DNA from: a virus
Taxonomy: Duplodnaviria > Caudoviricetes
IMG/VR virus record: IMGVR_UViG_3300005238_000001
Coordinates: 1-38,884 of that record
DNA: 38,884 nt
Direction: 5' to 3' (one strand)
In this document: positions 6,661-16,285 of the stretch, piece by piece
Numbering within the stretch: the first letter of the stretch is position 1
Layout: each line of letters starts with the position of its first letter
Position numbers and translations under genes: made by a program
Notes under the pieces: generated by a model
Told to the model about the DNA's origin: nothing
The model's database searches: none
The model's input: only the letters and a program-made list of their open reading frames with translations

Positions 6661-6888
6661 GTGTCGGAATGCAAGTTTTGCGGAGTGAAAGTTCAGTGGA
6701 TCAACCGGATACCTTACGAAGGCGGGTTCGACCACCGGGAGATTTGTCCCGGAATGAATCGTCGTTCGCAGGAACGAGTTCGGGACGTGAATCACGAGGA
6801 GCGGGTTCGGCAGTTTCTAGCAACACACGCAAACAACACGGCAACTCAGAGGCTGCGAAAGCCTCCGGGTGGTGGGCCACGAGGTTGA
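6661..6888 (+). CDS. Small zinc-finger protein
   Basis: GTG start, ECKFCG...W...HREIC. Confidence 0.6.
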   Translation: MSECKFCGVKVQWINRIPYEGGFDHREICPGMNRRSQERVRDVNHEERVRQFLATHANNTATQRLRKPPGGGPRG

Positions 6889-6901
6889 GCAGGGTCTGCA
6901 T

Positions 6902-7027
6902 ATGAGTCAGCCAGCAAAATACGTGCCTTTGTTCCGCTTGAGGCGCAAGTGTACGCGCTGTGGTGCCTGGAAACATGTCAGAGGCTCCCAGACGCTCCCG
7001 GTCTTTGTCTGTGGTGATTGCCTATGA
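6902..7027 (+). CDS. Small zinc-finger protein (41 aa)
   Basis: Hand-translated MSQPAKYVPLFRLRRKCTRCGAWKHVRGSQTLPVFVCGDCL; CxxC..CxxC; ATGA coupling to the next gene. Confidence 0.6.
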   Translation: MSQPAKYVPLFRLRRKCTRCGAWKHVRGSQTLPVFVCGDCL

Positions 7028-7377
7028 GTCGGGAGATTCCCTACCACCCCATGGGTCAAAAGACCTCCACGACTACCCCCGAGCAGATGTTCGCCAAGCT
7101 CGAAGCTCGCAACGTTGAAATCCGAAAGAAAGCAGGGCAGTCGGCGCAGCCGAAAGCCTTCGCCCAAATGGACCGCGAGATGCTGCTTGCCACCAGACTC
7201 AAGCAACACGGTATCCGCGACATGTTCGACGGGCTGACGACCACCGAGCAGCGCCGGGACAACATGCGCAAGGCGATCCTGGAGAACGCGCTGAGCGAGG
7301 TGTTTGCGGGGAAGCGGGGAGGGCAACCGATTCAATTCGCTGGGCTGTTCGAATTGACCTACGGGGAACCGCTGTAA
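7024..7377 (+). CDS. Hypothetical protein
   Basis: Helical ORF coupled at both ends, phage-like codon use. Confidence 0.75.
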   Translation: MSREIPYHPMGQKTSTTTPEQMFAKLEARNVEIRKKAGQSAQPKAFAQMDREMLLATRLKQHGIRDMFDGLTTTEQRRDNMRKAILENALSEVFAGKRGGQPIQFAGLFELTYGEPL

Positions 7378-7502
7378 TGTGGCTCACAAAAGCTGAGTTT
7401 CGTGAAGTCGCTCGCATCTGCTGCCCGAGCATGACCTTGCGTCAGTTCAACATCGCCTGGGCAGAGTGGAAACTCATGAGGGGTTCTCATGGCCGACCAT
7501 GA
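7377..7502 (+). CDS. Hypothetical protein (41 aa, MWLTKAEFREVARICC...)
   Basis: TAATG coupling to the previous gene. Confidence 0.55.
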   Translation: MWLTKAEFREVARICCPSMTLRQFNIAWAEWKLMRGSHGRP

Positions 7503-7668
7503 CTATTGGAATTGGGCTGAACGTCGCAACCGCCCGGAAGAACGCATCAAGGCGGCGTTAAAGAAACGCGATCTGGAGCGAACCCAACCGATTGAGGTGA
7601 AGGAATCTGACCTGTCGGATACCGCAGTTACTCGGGTGCGCAAGGCCATCGTGGAGAAGAACCGTTGA
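7489..7668 (+). CDS. Hypothetical protein (59 aa, MADHDYWNW...)
   Basis: GAGGGG RBS; stop overlaps the TTG start of rusA. Confidence 0.6.
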   Translation: MADHDYWNWAERRNRPEERIKAALKKRDLERTQPIEVKESDLSDTAVTRVRKAIVEKNR

Positions 7669-8048
7669 TCACCCTCGACCTGCCCATGGCGGTTCCTTCC
7701 CTCAATGCCATGAACAAAATGCATTGGGCCAAGCGCAACCGACTCCGCGGGCAGTGGCAATGGCTGGTGAAGGCGGCCGTGCTGAATGATCGAATCCGCG
7801 TTCGGGTGATTCCCGTGGCAAAAATAACCATCGAACGGTATGGCCCCAAGAAACTCGACAATGATAACTTTGTAGGCGGAGCTAAACAGCTCGTTGACTC
7901 CCTCGTGCGCGAGGGTTTTCTCGTGGATGACAGTCCAGATCATCTGGTAGCGCAGTACATCCAGCACATCTCCAAGACCGCACGAACGATCGTGCATATC
8001 GAGGATGTACATGGCGCTTGCTCTCAGATCCCTGCACGATCTCCCTAG
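7665..8048 (+). CDS. rusA: RusA-like Holliday junction resolvase
   Basis: VPSLN...HW...LDNDNFVGGAKQLVDSL...LVDDS catalytic pattern. Confidence 0.85.
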   Translation: MITLDLPMAVPSLNAMNKMHWAKRNRLRGQWQWLVKAAVLNDRIRVRVIPVAKITIERYGPKKLDNDNFVGGAKQLVDSLVREGFLVDDSPDHLVAQYIQHISKTARTIVHIEDVHGACSQIPARSP

Positions 8049-9522
8049 CCTCACGGGCAACATCGACCGACGCTATCCGAACGGGGATGCGCCGGTCATC
8101 CAACCCGCAACGCTCGGCATCAACCTCGCGGCCTACAACGCCGCGAACTTCGTGCTCACCAACTTCAATGCCGGCGGGGTCGGAGTCGATTTCAATTACC
8201 GCCAGTTCCTGACCGGCACCAGTGCTGCGACCGCTACGATCTCCGTAAGTGCCGCCTCCGGATTCCTGGGAGGATGGAAAGTCGATGCCAGCGGCAACGG
8301 CATTTCCAACGACCTCACCATATCCGGCTCTGGAAGCCTCTTCGTATCCGCAAGCGATGGTGTCAATCCCCCGGTCAGTTTCCCTGTTCAGCTCTGGTCG
8401 GTACTGTCCTCTACCCAGCAGTCACAGATCAAACTCGTCACCGGCAACGGCTTCTGGCTGGACAATCAGTTCTGGACCGGCAGCAGCGGTGCTCCCGCGC
8501 AGGAGCAGAGCAACTTCAACTCGCTGTTTCCGACCTTCTCGGCCAATCCGCTGATCAAGTATTTCTTCATGGAATATACCTGGGGTGCGGGCGAGCAGAT
8601 CCGAGGGAATTATTCCAAGGCATTTGCCGATATCGATGCGGTGCTCGCAAAGCTCGCGACGGCCAGCACTCCGACCGGACTGATCCTCTCGTTGTGGATC
8701 GAGTTTTTCAACACCACGAATGCCACCAATATTGGTCAGTGGCCGCAGTATGTCATCAACAACGGTTGGATCTATCCGACCATCTCAAACGGGGTTGGGC
8801 GGCTGCAGTTGAAGTGGGATATCGATGATGTCTGGGCGGCATTTGGGGATTTCTGCGCGGCGATCTGCAACCGCTACAACAATCATCCCCTGTTCTACGG
8901 CTTCTGTCCCATGGATGAGACCGACATGGTTACCCAGGTGGACAATGTTACCCAGCCGGCAGGAAGTGGGCTTTCACCCAATCAGGTGATCTTAAACGCC
9001 TCGCATTACGTGACTCAGTTGAAGAACCTGTGTCTGCGATTGCTCGGCGCACTTCCCAACACCCCGCTGTACATCCCGCTCAACTATCTGCCGCCCGGTG
9101 GGAGTACTGAAGCGCCCAACATGGCCAACCTGATCAACGCCATCGAAGCGCAATACCCCAAGCATGCGATCTACGGTGGCCCCGATCCATTCGTGCGCCA
9201 AACCACGTTCCAGAAACTGGTCGCGGGTGCCTACCAGGCCACCACGGGGATGGGGGATATCCGCAAGAACATCCTCCTGATGAATCGGATTCAAGGGGCC
9301 TATCTCGGCAACCGCAATGATTCGAGCGGCAATCCGATCAATCCGGGTGTCACGCCCGGACAGATCTATGACAACGCGGTCACCACCAACAACTGCGTGA
9401 TGCTGACGTGGAACTGGGAAACCTACATGTACTACAAGGCAGCGGATGAATTGGCGGCGATCACGGCACGTAATGGAGCGGTAGGCACACCCCCCTCGGG
9501 TGGCAACTACCAGATCATCTGA
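8011..9522 (+). CDS. Putative clan GH-A (GH42/GH5-like) TIM-barrel glycoside hydrolase with N-terminal beta domain
   Basis: YTWGAGEQIRGNY...IDAVL...LILSL...WPQYV...ICNRYNNHPLFYGFCPMDET; GAGGA RBS. Confidence 0.65.
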   Translation: MALALRSLHDLPSLTGNIDRRYPNGDAPVIQPATLGINLAAYNAANFVLTNFNAGGVGVDFNYRQFLTGTSAATATISVSAASGFLGGWKVDASGNGISNDLTISGSGSLFVSASDGVNPPVSFPVQLWSVLSSTQQSQIKLVTGNGFWLDNQFWTGSSGAPAQEQSNFNSLFPTFSANPLIKYFFMEYTWGAGEQIRGNYSKAFADIDAVLAKLATASTPTGLILSLWIEFFNTTNATNIGQWPQYVINNGWIYPTISNGVGRLQLKWDIDDVWAAFGDFCAAICNRYNNHPLFYGFCPMDETDMVTQVDNVTQPAGSGLSPNQVILNASHYVTQLKNLCLRLLGALPNTPLYIPLNYLPPGGSTEAPNMANLINAIEAQYPKHAIYGGPDPFVRQTTFQKLVAGAYQATTGMGDIRKNILLMNRIQGAYLGNRNDSSGNPINPGVTPGQIYDNAVTTNNCVMLTWNWETYMYYKAADELAAITARNGAVGTPPSGGNYQII

Positions 9523-12245
9523 TGCCGCGTAACTTCTCAGGCTCCAGTCAGCTCATGTCCGGGGCCGGAAGCCCCTTCAGCAACTCCGGTCCCGGGGCGC
9601 TTCTGATCTGGCGCCGTACCGCTACCGTGGCCCAGCAGGACTGTCGCTACATGCAGCTCATCGTGAGCGGCCAGGTCCGTATCGAGCTCGGAACGGACGT
9701 GACAGGTACGAGCGGCAAAACCTGCGCGCTGCAGCAGAATGCGAGCACCAATACCCAGGCGCTCTCGGCTGTCGCGCAGACGGCCAACGTGTGGCAGCTC
9801 GACGTGGGTGCTTTCGGCAGCTATCCCAACAACCAGATCGTCTATTTGGCGGGTGGTAACAAGAACACGAAAGCGGCCATCTCAAATCCCGGCACCACGA
9901 CCACCGTTCAGATTGGCGGCCGGGGTACCCAGGATCTCGCGCATGCGGCGATCATGACGCGCCTGCCCACGGATCTCGAGGTGGCTGCCGTAGCTGCCTT
10001 GGTCAATCCTCAAGCCTTGGGGCTCTCCAACTACTGGTACGTCAATCAGTCAGCGACCGAGCCGGACAAGGTGGGCAGCATCAATCTCACTGTCACCGGC
10101 ACCACCGCTGCTTCGGGTGATCCGAACATCGGGACGTGGTTCATCGGCACGGCCATTGCGAACCAGACATGGACGCAAGGCACTCCGATCACGACCATCG
10201 ATCTCACGACGAAGTTTGACAACGGCGTGGCATCTACAGCCCCCTGGACGGGCACGCTGAAGCAATTAGGGGCTGCAGGAACTGCCACCGCAGCCACGGC
10301 TTCCGGTACCAGTTCAACCGCCCTGACGACCTCTGCGGCGCTCACAGCAGGGCAGTGGGTGCAGGTGGGCAGTAATGCGCTCACGCCCGTTCTGTACGTA
10401 TCGGGTAACACCGCACTGCTGCGAGATTCACTCACCTGGAACAACGCAGATACCGTCACGCCCTATCCGGTCGTGGCATTGACTGCCATCACGAGCAACG
10501 GCGTCACTGTGAACGGGTCCAACGTGACCACCGGCACGCCCGGTGCGGGAGCGGTGGGAACCTATACCAACTGCCTATTCCAGGCGACGAACAACGCCAA
10601 CACCGCGGCAATCGCCTATTCGAACCTCTTCACCATCACGGTGGCATCTTCCGGGGCCGCGCCGTCGTTCTCGGCGGGTCCCACACTGACCACCGCCAAC
10701 ACGGATGGATACAGCTTTGGAGCCACCAGCAATCAGACCGCGACCTGGTACGCCATCGCACTGCTGCGGGGATCTCCGACGCCCACCGGCGCTCAAGTAA
10801 AGTCCGGCTCACCCACCGGCTTTGTGGCGCGCGTCTCGACGGCCCTCACGGCATCGGTCGCCGGCTCACTGAGCTTCACCGGGCTAACCTTCCCGTTTTA
10901 TGACCTGTATCACGTGGTCGATAACGGTTCGGGCACTTCGGCCGTGCAATCCTTCACGGCCCTGTTTAAAACACCGCCTGCCGGCAAGCAGTACATCACT
11001 GCCTCGCTCCTGAGCATCTCGGCCATCAGCAAAAGCAACCCGGTCCAGATCACCTTCAGTGGCGCTCACGGCCGCACGACAGGCGATTGGACGGAAGTGT
11101 TTGGTGTGGGCGGGATGACGCAGTTGAACGGTGCATGGGGTCCGTGCGTGGCCGTAGACAGCACACATCTAACCATCCCCGGGGTGGACTCCACCGGTTA
11201 CTCCACTTTCACCAGCGGAGGCACAGTAACTTGGGGTCGATCGAGTTTTGCGGGCTCCTCCACCAACGTGGTGAGTGGCGACATCCTCATTGCGGATGCC
11301 ACGGACGGGCAGGGCAATGCGGTGACGTTCACGGCAGAAGGGGTTGCGATCTTCGCCACCAATTCCACGGCACGTCAGAGCTTTGTGAAGGATGTCTACA
11401 GCGTTTCCTTGGGTAACTTCATCGGTTCGGCCACCGAGTACGAAAACGATGTCCCGCCGATTCCGCCTGGCGCGACCACGCAGTTACCCTTTGCGCTCTT
11501 TCCACTGAATCAGGCCACGAGCGCACCGATCGCTGCACTGTTCGATGATCCCCAAGGGGATGATCTGACCAACGGCATCACTGCACTCACGCCATTGCCG
11601 CCCAACCGATCCATTGTCGCGGGTGTGCTCACCGGCATTGCCACCTCCACGGCCATTACGCAGGTGACATTCCAAGCGCAGAACAAGAGCGGTGAGAGCT
11701 CGACGTTCACCATGAACATCGTGGATGGGGGTGTCCTGGTCCCCGATGGCAAGAACAAGAACCAAAATGATGTGCAGGCCATCGCGGACGCCAACTACCT
11801 GATTGCTCAATTTGGCACCCAGGACGACGCCACTCCGGGCGGTCCTGCACCTCAGGGAACCATCATCGGGCAAACCCCACCGGCCAATACCCTGGTGAAT
11901 CCGGGGACACTCGTGATCTTCGTGGTGTCCTCCGGTAATGCGCCGGTGATCCAAGTGGTTGTGCCGGATGTCAGCTCGAGTCCCACGGATCAAGCCACCG
12001 CAACGGCGGCCTTGGTCGCAGCCGGATTCACGCCCAACGTGCCTCAGCCCTGGACCGGTGTACAGAAGATCACTCAGGTTCCCCCTGCAGGCACGTTGCT
12101 GATCAACGGCTCGGTGGTGAGTCTCTTCCTCATGGGTGCGGGACCAGTCCCACGACGACACACACACCGAAAACGCGTGTTTCCCACCCAGAAACCTCCT
12201 CAGCCCAAAATCCTGATCAAAACCCCCGGGAAGAACAGGCGATGA
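9522..12245 (+). CDS. Large multidomain beta-rich protein (LamG-like, Ig-like, FCCH-like, two C-terminal PASTA domains)
   Basis: Thr/Gly/Ala rich; ISAISKSNPVQITF..HG..GD...GVGGMTQLNG; two VPD...Q.P.AG/ANT.V..G..V.L repeats. Confidence 0.7.
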   Translation: MPRNFSGSSQLMSGAGSPFSNSGPGALLIWRRTATVAQQDCRYMQLIVSGQVRIELGTDVTGTSGKTCALQQNASTNTQALSAVAQTANVWQLDVGAFGSYPNNQIVYLAGGNKNTKAAISNPGTTTTVQIGGRGTQDLAHAAIMTRLPTDLEVAAVAALVNPQALGLSNYWYVNQSATEPDKVGSINLTVTGTTAASGDPNIGTWFIGTAIANQTWTQGTPITTIDLTTKFDNGVASTAPWTGTLKQLGAAGTATAATASGTSSTALTTSAALTAGQWVQVGSNALTPVLYVSGNTALLRDSLTWNNADTVTPYPVVALTAITSNGVTVNGSNVTTGTPGAGAVGTYTNCLFQATNNANTAAIAYSNLFTITVASSGAAPSFSAGPTLTTANTDGYSFGATSNQTATWYAIALLRGSPTPTGAQVKSGSPTGFVARVSTALTASVAGSLSFTGLTFPFYDLYHVVDNGSGTSAVQSFTALFKTPPAGKQYITASLLSISAISKSNPVQITFSGAHGRTTGDWTEVFGVGGMTQLNGAWGPCVAVDSTHLTIPGVDSTGYSTFTSGGTVTWGRSSFAGSSTNVVSGDILIADATDGQGNAVTFTAEGVAIFATNSTARQSFVKDVYSVSLGNFIGSATEYENDVPPIPPGATTQLPFALFPLNQATSAPIAALFDDPQGDDLTNGITALTPLPPNRSIVAGVLTGIATSTAITQVTFQAQNKSGESSTFTMNIVDGGVLVPDGKNKNQNDVQAIADANYLIAQFGTQDDATPGGPAPQGTIIGQTPPANTLVNPGTLVIFVVSSGNAPVIQVVVPDVSSSPTDQATATAALVAAGFTPNVPQPWTGVQKITQVPPAGTLLINGSVVSLFLMGAGPVPRRHTHRKRVFPTQKPPQPKILIKTPGKNRR

Positions 12246-12634
12246 ATGCAGTGATGAAGACAGAGATTGACGGTCGCACCACGCAAATGGACTCGAGGTT
12301 GAAGGCGACCGACGCGCTGGCAGATCGCTGGGCTCGCTCTCGTTACGAAGGGGGCACCTTGCATCCGCTGGCGGCTATCCAGCTGCTACACGATGGAGCC
12401 GTGCTCGGCGGGGGCTGCGGACAGATGTCGGATGATGTTCTCGCGTTCGATCAGGTATATGCGAAAGCCCCCCGGCACGAGAAGGCGGTGATTCACGTGT
12501 GGTATTGCCTGGGAGGTTCAGCCGCCCAGAAAGCCAAACGCCTGGGCATTGGCCGCACAACCCTCTACCTCGAGTGGAAGGTCGCGTTGCAATACATGAA
12601 GACCGAACTTCGATTGCGTCACATTGATGTCTGA
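12242..12634 (+). CDS. Q: Antiterminator Q-like late regulator
   Basis: RWAR...VWYC...QKAKRLGIGRTTLY HTH; directly followed by a promoter and terminator ahead of the late genes. Confidence 0.75.
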   Translation: MNAVMKTEIDGRTTQMDSRLKATDALADRWARSRYEGGTLHPLAAIQLLHDGAVLGGGCGQMSDDVLAFDQVYAKAPRHEKAVIHVWYCLGGSAAQKAKRLGIGRTTLYLEWKVALQYMKTELRLRHIDV

Positions 12635-12639
12635 AACCA

Positions 12640-12668
12640 TTGACTTTTGAGAACGTCCGTACAATATT
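12640..12668 (+). promoter_or_regulatory. Late promoter pR'-like
   Basis: TTGACT (12640-12645) with AATATT at 17 bp spacing (TACAAT overlapping), right after Q. Confidence 0.55.
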
Positions 12669-12705
12669 CCACGCCATCGTGGGAATGCCACGCACCAACA
12701 TATAG

Positions 12706-12728
12706 ACCCCGCCTCGAGCGGGGTTTTT
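12706..12728 (+). terminator. Intrinsic terminator tR'-like
   Basis: ACCCCGC-CTCGA-GCGGGGT-TTTT. Confidence 0.85.
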
Positions 12729-12748
12729 CATTTTAGGAATCCCCAATC

Positions 12749-14011
12749 TTGTTGATGGTCGCTCCCACCGGTGGTGATTCATTCACCGGGGTGTCCGGCT
12801 TTGTCTATTCAGCCGGCAGTGGGGCTCAACTGGAGATTGGCGGCAGCGATGTGCGCCGCGCGTTGCAGCGCAATTGGGTGGAAATTCCCTATCCAGTGCC
12901 GCCGACCGTGGCGCAACTGCCGATTCCATCCCAGACTCGAATTGGTGTTGAGTACTACACCTCCGACCAAGGGGTGGTGGTCAATACAGGGACCGCATGG
13001 GTCCCGGTCGGAAGCGGCGGAGGCGGACTCACGCCGATTGCCTCGGGGACGATCCTCGGCAATTCGAGTGGGATATCGGCCATCCCCACCGCGCAAACGG
13101 CATTGCCCTCGGGTGTCACCACCGCCGCCGGCGGACAGATATTCGGTTCGACCGACACCCAGACCCTCACCAACAAAACGGTGGATGGTGGCTCGAACAC
13201 GCTGACCAACCTGCCTGCCTCACAGCTCGTCGGTTCAATCAGCGTGACGGCGATTACCGGGAATTGGGGAATTGCCAATGGAGGGACCGGGGTTTCCACT
13301 TTGTCGGGCGTGTTGCTCGGCAATGGAACGAGCCCGATCAGCTCGGCGGCCGGAACGGATATCTCAGCGCTCTTTACGGGCGGCGCGGCCACCAGTGCGT
13401 ATTACCTCGCGGCTGACGGCACTCGGCAGATCGCCGCAGGCGGAGGCGCTGGCGGTGCAAACACTCAGGTTCAGTTCAATAATAGCGGGGTTTTCGCAGG
13501 CGATAGCGGGTTTACCTACGCAGGCTCAGGCGCTGCCACCCTAACCGCTAGTCTCACGGTTCCTACCATCACGGCCGCGACCCGGGTGAGCGCGGGTCGA
13601 ATCGATGTCACATCGACCACCACCGCAACGAACGGATTTGCTCTGCCGACGGGAAACACCCCGACGGCCTATTCCAACGGCGCGGCGCGCTTTCAATGGA
13701 CTTCGAGCGGCATCACGCTTCTCGCTGGCAACTTCGTGGCTGGAACGATCGGCCAGGGGTTGCAGGTCAAGGAAGGCACCAACGCCAAGATGGGCGTGGC
13801 TACTCTCGTGGCTGGCACAGTCACAGTCAGCAATACCGCTGTGACTGCGAACTCCCGCATCTATCTCACCTGCCAGTCACTCGGCACGGTGTCAGCGCCA
13901 TCGGCGCTGTGTATCTCGGCCCGCACCGCGGGAACCTCGTTCACTATTCTCGCCAGTCAGAACACGGATACCAGCGTCATCGCTTGGCAGATTGTGGAGC
14001 CCGCGCCCTAA
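12749..14011 (+). CDS. Fibre-like virion protein
   Basis: TDTQTLTNKT, IANGGTG and GGANTQVQFNNSGVFAGD motifs typical of phage fibres; start uncertain (TTG 12749 or ATG 12755). Confidence 0.75.
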   Translation: MLMVAPTGGDSFTGVSGFVYSAGSGAQLEIGGSDVRRALQRNWVEIPYPVPPTVAQLPIPSQTRIGVEYYTSDQGVVVNTGTAWVPVGSGGGGLTPIASGTILGNSSGISAIPTAQTALPSGVTTAAGGQIFGSTDTQTLTNKTVDGGSNTLTNLPASQLVGSISVTAITGNWGIANGGTGVSTLSGVLLGNGTSPISSAAGTDISALFTGGAATSAYYLAADGTRQIAAGGGAGGANTQVQFNNSGVFAGDSGFTYAGSGAATLTASLTVPTITAATRVSAGRIDVTSTTTATNGFALPTGNTPTAYSNGAARFQWTSSGITLLAGNFVAGTIGQGLQVKEGTNAKMGVATLVAGTVTVSNTAVTANSRIYLTCQSLGTVSAPSALCISARTAGTSFTILASQNTDTSVIAWQIVEPAP

Positions 14012-15351
14012 TGGTCACACTGACGCTCGGTCCGGCGAATCCTGCCAAGGCCTACGTGGTTCCCTCGTTCGCCAACAGCTTCACGGACAATCTTGCAGCC
14101 CTCAACATGGGCTTGATTGCGGACTATCAGTTCGGCACTGCAGCGAGTGGAAGCTCACCCGTCATTCCCATTCGCAACATCACGGATCTTGCAACGTACT
14201 TCAACCCGCAGGCGGACGCCTCAGGCACCAGTGTTCAGGTATCTGCGATCGAGCGCTATCAGTCGTTCAACACGACCAATCACGCCTTTGCATCCGACCA
14301 TTTGTCACTGACTGCAGCCCTCGAGGCAGGCGGGTCAGCGGATGTGCTGCAGCTCACCACGAGCGCATCGACGACCAGCAGCGCAGTCCTGACGTTCACC
14401 AGCACGACTGGTGTGCAAGACGGGCAGATCGTCGCCATCTTCGGTCAGTTTGCCGCGAATGTATGCCGCGTCAGTTCCCACGATTCGACCACGGTCACGC
14501 TCAACCAAGCGGTGAGTGGAACTGTCAATACAGGGACCACGATCTACTTCCTGAATGCCTTCGTATGTTCCGGGGCAGTCGCAGGGAGCGGAACGACGGT
14601 GAGCTATGCCTCGGTCCCAAGCGGGATCCAAGCCGGGATGTATTACAACAACATCACGACGGGCACCTTCGGCACTCGGCGTGTTGTCAGTAAAACTGCG
14701 ACGACCATCACATTCGATGGCTCCGTGAGTCAGGCGACCAGTGATTTTGTGATCCTGTCACCGCCGATCACGAGCGGGCAGATGTGGACCAAGGCGGGCT
14801 ATCAGCCGGGCAAGAACGGCGCGAACTTCATCGCGATTGAGATCACCTGCCAGATCCCCGGCAACACCAAGCAGGGCGCATGGCCGGCGGATTGGGTGTA
14901 CTCGCGCACGAGCGAAGGTTTCCCGATCGATGCCTCCGAGCTCGACAACTTCGAGTTCAATATCAGTGGCAGCGCCAATGCCTCAGCGTGGTCGGGAAAC
15001 AACCACGGCGGCCTGTATGAGCGCCAGGAGTACGCCAAGCTCGTCGGCGTGCATTCGAGCTATTGGGATGCGTTCGGCTTCTTCCGTCCCTCAGGGGCCC
15101 CGGACTACTCAGCCACTACGCACAAATATCAAATCCTGTGGACACCGGATCGCAGCTACCGATTCGTGGATGGCGTGTTGTTCACCTGCTACGTCATGCC
15201 CTGGGGCTCCGGCTGTACGGGACAATTGGGCACCAACTTGGGTTGTGGGAGCTTCATTGCGACCTATCTCAGCTCGCTCCTGTTCCCACTGACCAGTGCG
15301 CAATTCCCCTATTCGTTCGACATCTACGAAAAGAAGATCTGGCAGGGCTGA
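14011..15351 (+). CDS. GH16-like (ConA fold) glycoside hydrolase domain protein
   Basis: SG.M.TK...GAWPADW...ELDNFE (ExDxxE)...HKYQILWTPD..RFVDG; TAATG coupling places the start at 14011. Confidence 0.8.
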   Translation: MVTLTLGPANPAKAYVVPSFANSFTDNLAALNMGLIADYQFGTAASGSSPVIPIRNITDLATYFNPQADASGTSVQVSAIERYQSFNTTNHAFASDHLSLTAALEAGGSADVLQLTTSASTTSSAVLTFTSTTGVQDGQIVAIFGQFAANVCRVSSHDSTTVTLNQAVSGTVNTGTTIYFLNAFVCSGAVAGSGTTVSYASVPSGIQAGMYYNNITTGTFGTRRVVSKTATTITFDGSVSQATSDFVILSPPITSGQMWTKAGYQPGKNGANFIAIEITCQIPGNTKQGAWPADWVYSRTSEGFPIDASELDNFEFNISGSANASAWSGNNHGGLYERQEYAKLVGVHSSYWDAFGFFRPSGAPDYSATTHKYQILWTPDRSYRFVDGVLFTCYVMPWGSGCTGQLGTNLGCGSFIATYLSSLLFPLTSAQFPYSFDIYEKKIWQG

Positions 15352-15352
15352 T

Positions 15353-15520
15353 ATGAAATCCACATTCCGAAAGCCACCGCTCATCAAAACACCCAAGGTG
15401 GCTCCAAAACGTCCCAGCGGCCAATTCCAGAGCACGCGGGAGAACACCGGGAAAATCAACGGCGGCGACATGGGCGCACCCATGCATCCGCAAAGTCACA
15501 AGGACTTCGAAGCCCTATGA
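15353..15520 (+). CDS. Small basic hypothetical protein
   Basis: ATG 1 nt after the previous stop, ATGA coupling to the next gene. Confidence 0.6.
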   Translation: MKSTFRKPPLIKTPKVAPKRPSGQFQSTRENTGKINGGDMGAPMHPQSHKDFEAL

Positions 15521-15867
15521 GCAAAGAATTCGTTCTCATCCAGAACAAACAGGCCGAACGCGAACAGACCTATTGCGACACCACCTATCACATCACCGTG
15601 ATCTGGCCCGAGCATCGCTATTCCGGAGTACCGGCCACTGTCTCGCTCGCTGCCTGCAACTGCGATGAGAAGCACTCCACCAAATCCGAAGATCTCCCAG
15701 CCAGCGATGTGGCTGTCACCCACCCCAACAAACGCGCCGAGGATGATCCATTCCCGGTTCCTGAAGCCACCGGTGAGCCTGACCTCAGCAATTCAGCCAT
15801 TGAGGGCAGCGTGCCGGAGCCGGAAGTGATCGAGCCTCAGTCCAGTGATGAGTTCGAGAAGCTCTGA
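15517..15867 (+). CDS. Hypothetical protein with acidic C-terminus
   Basis: 116 aa ORF in the late operon. Confidence 0.7.
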   Translation: MSKEFVLIQNKQAEREQTYCDTTYHITVIWPEHRYSGVPATVSLAACNCDEKHSTKSEDLPASDVAVTHPNKRAEDDPFPVPEATGEPDLSNSAIEGSVPEPEVIEPQSSDEFEKL

Positions 15868-15886
15868 CAAAGTGTCTTGATCTGTC

Positions 15887-16285
15887 ATGGGATTTCAGAA
15901 AGGAAACAAGCTCTCGGGCAGTCGCAAAGGATCGCCCAACAAGTCCACCAAGACGCTCAAAGAGGCGATCGCTTATGTCCTGGATCACAGTCAGGACCAG
16001 TGCCTGGACTGGCTACAGAGCGTTGCAGAGGGCGAGAAAGAGTTCGAGGCTGAGCTGGATGACGATGGCAATCCCGTGCTGGATGCCGAAGGAAATCCGA
16101 AAGGGACATGGGAGTGGTTGCGCCGGCCAGAGCCTGCCGCAGCATTCAAGCTTTGGCAGGATCTCGCGGAGTTCGCCGCTCCCAAACTCGCACGCACTGA
16201 GCTGACAGGCGAGGGCGGGGGAGCGGTGAAAGTGGAAGGCAAGGTCGAATTTGTCGTCAGTCCGGTTCCACGCACAGTTTCCTGA
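15887..16285 (+). CDS. terS: Terminase small subunit
   Basis: FQKGN...RKGSPNK.T...APKLARTELTGEGGGAV; directly upstream of terL. Confidence 0.8.
   Translation: MGFQKGNKLSGSRKGSPNKSTKTLKEAIAYVLDHSQDQCLDWLQSVAEGEKEFEAELDDDGNPVLDAEGNPKGTWEWLRRPEPAAAFKLWQDLAEFAAPKLARTELTGEGGGAVKVEGKVEFVVSPVPRTVS

Noticed and set aside
13696-14010. Upstream extension of the GH16 ORF, possible frameshift fusion with the fibre gene
   Set aside because: The extension translates as off-frame sequence, no convincing slippery site was seen, and TAATG coupling supports the start at 14011
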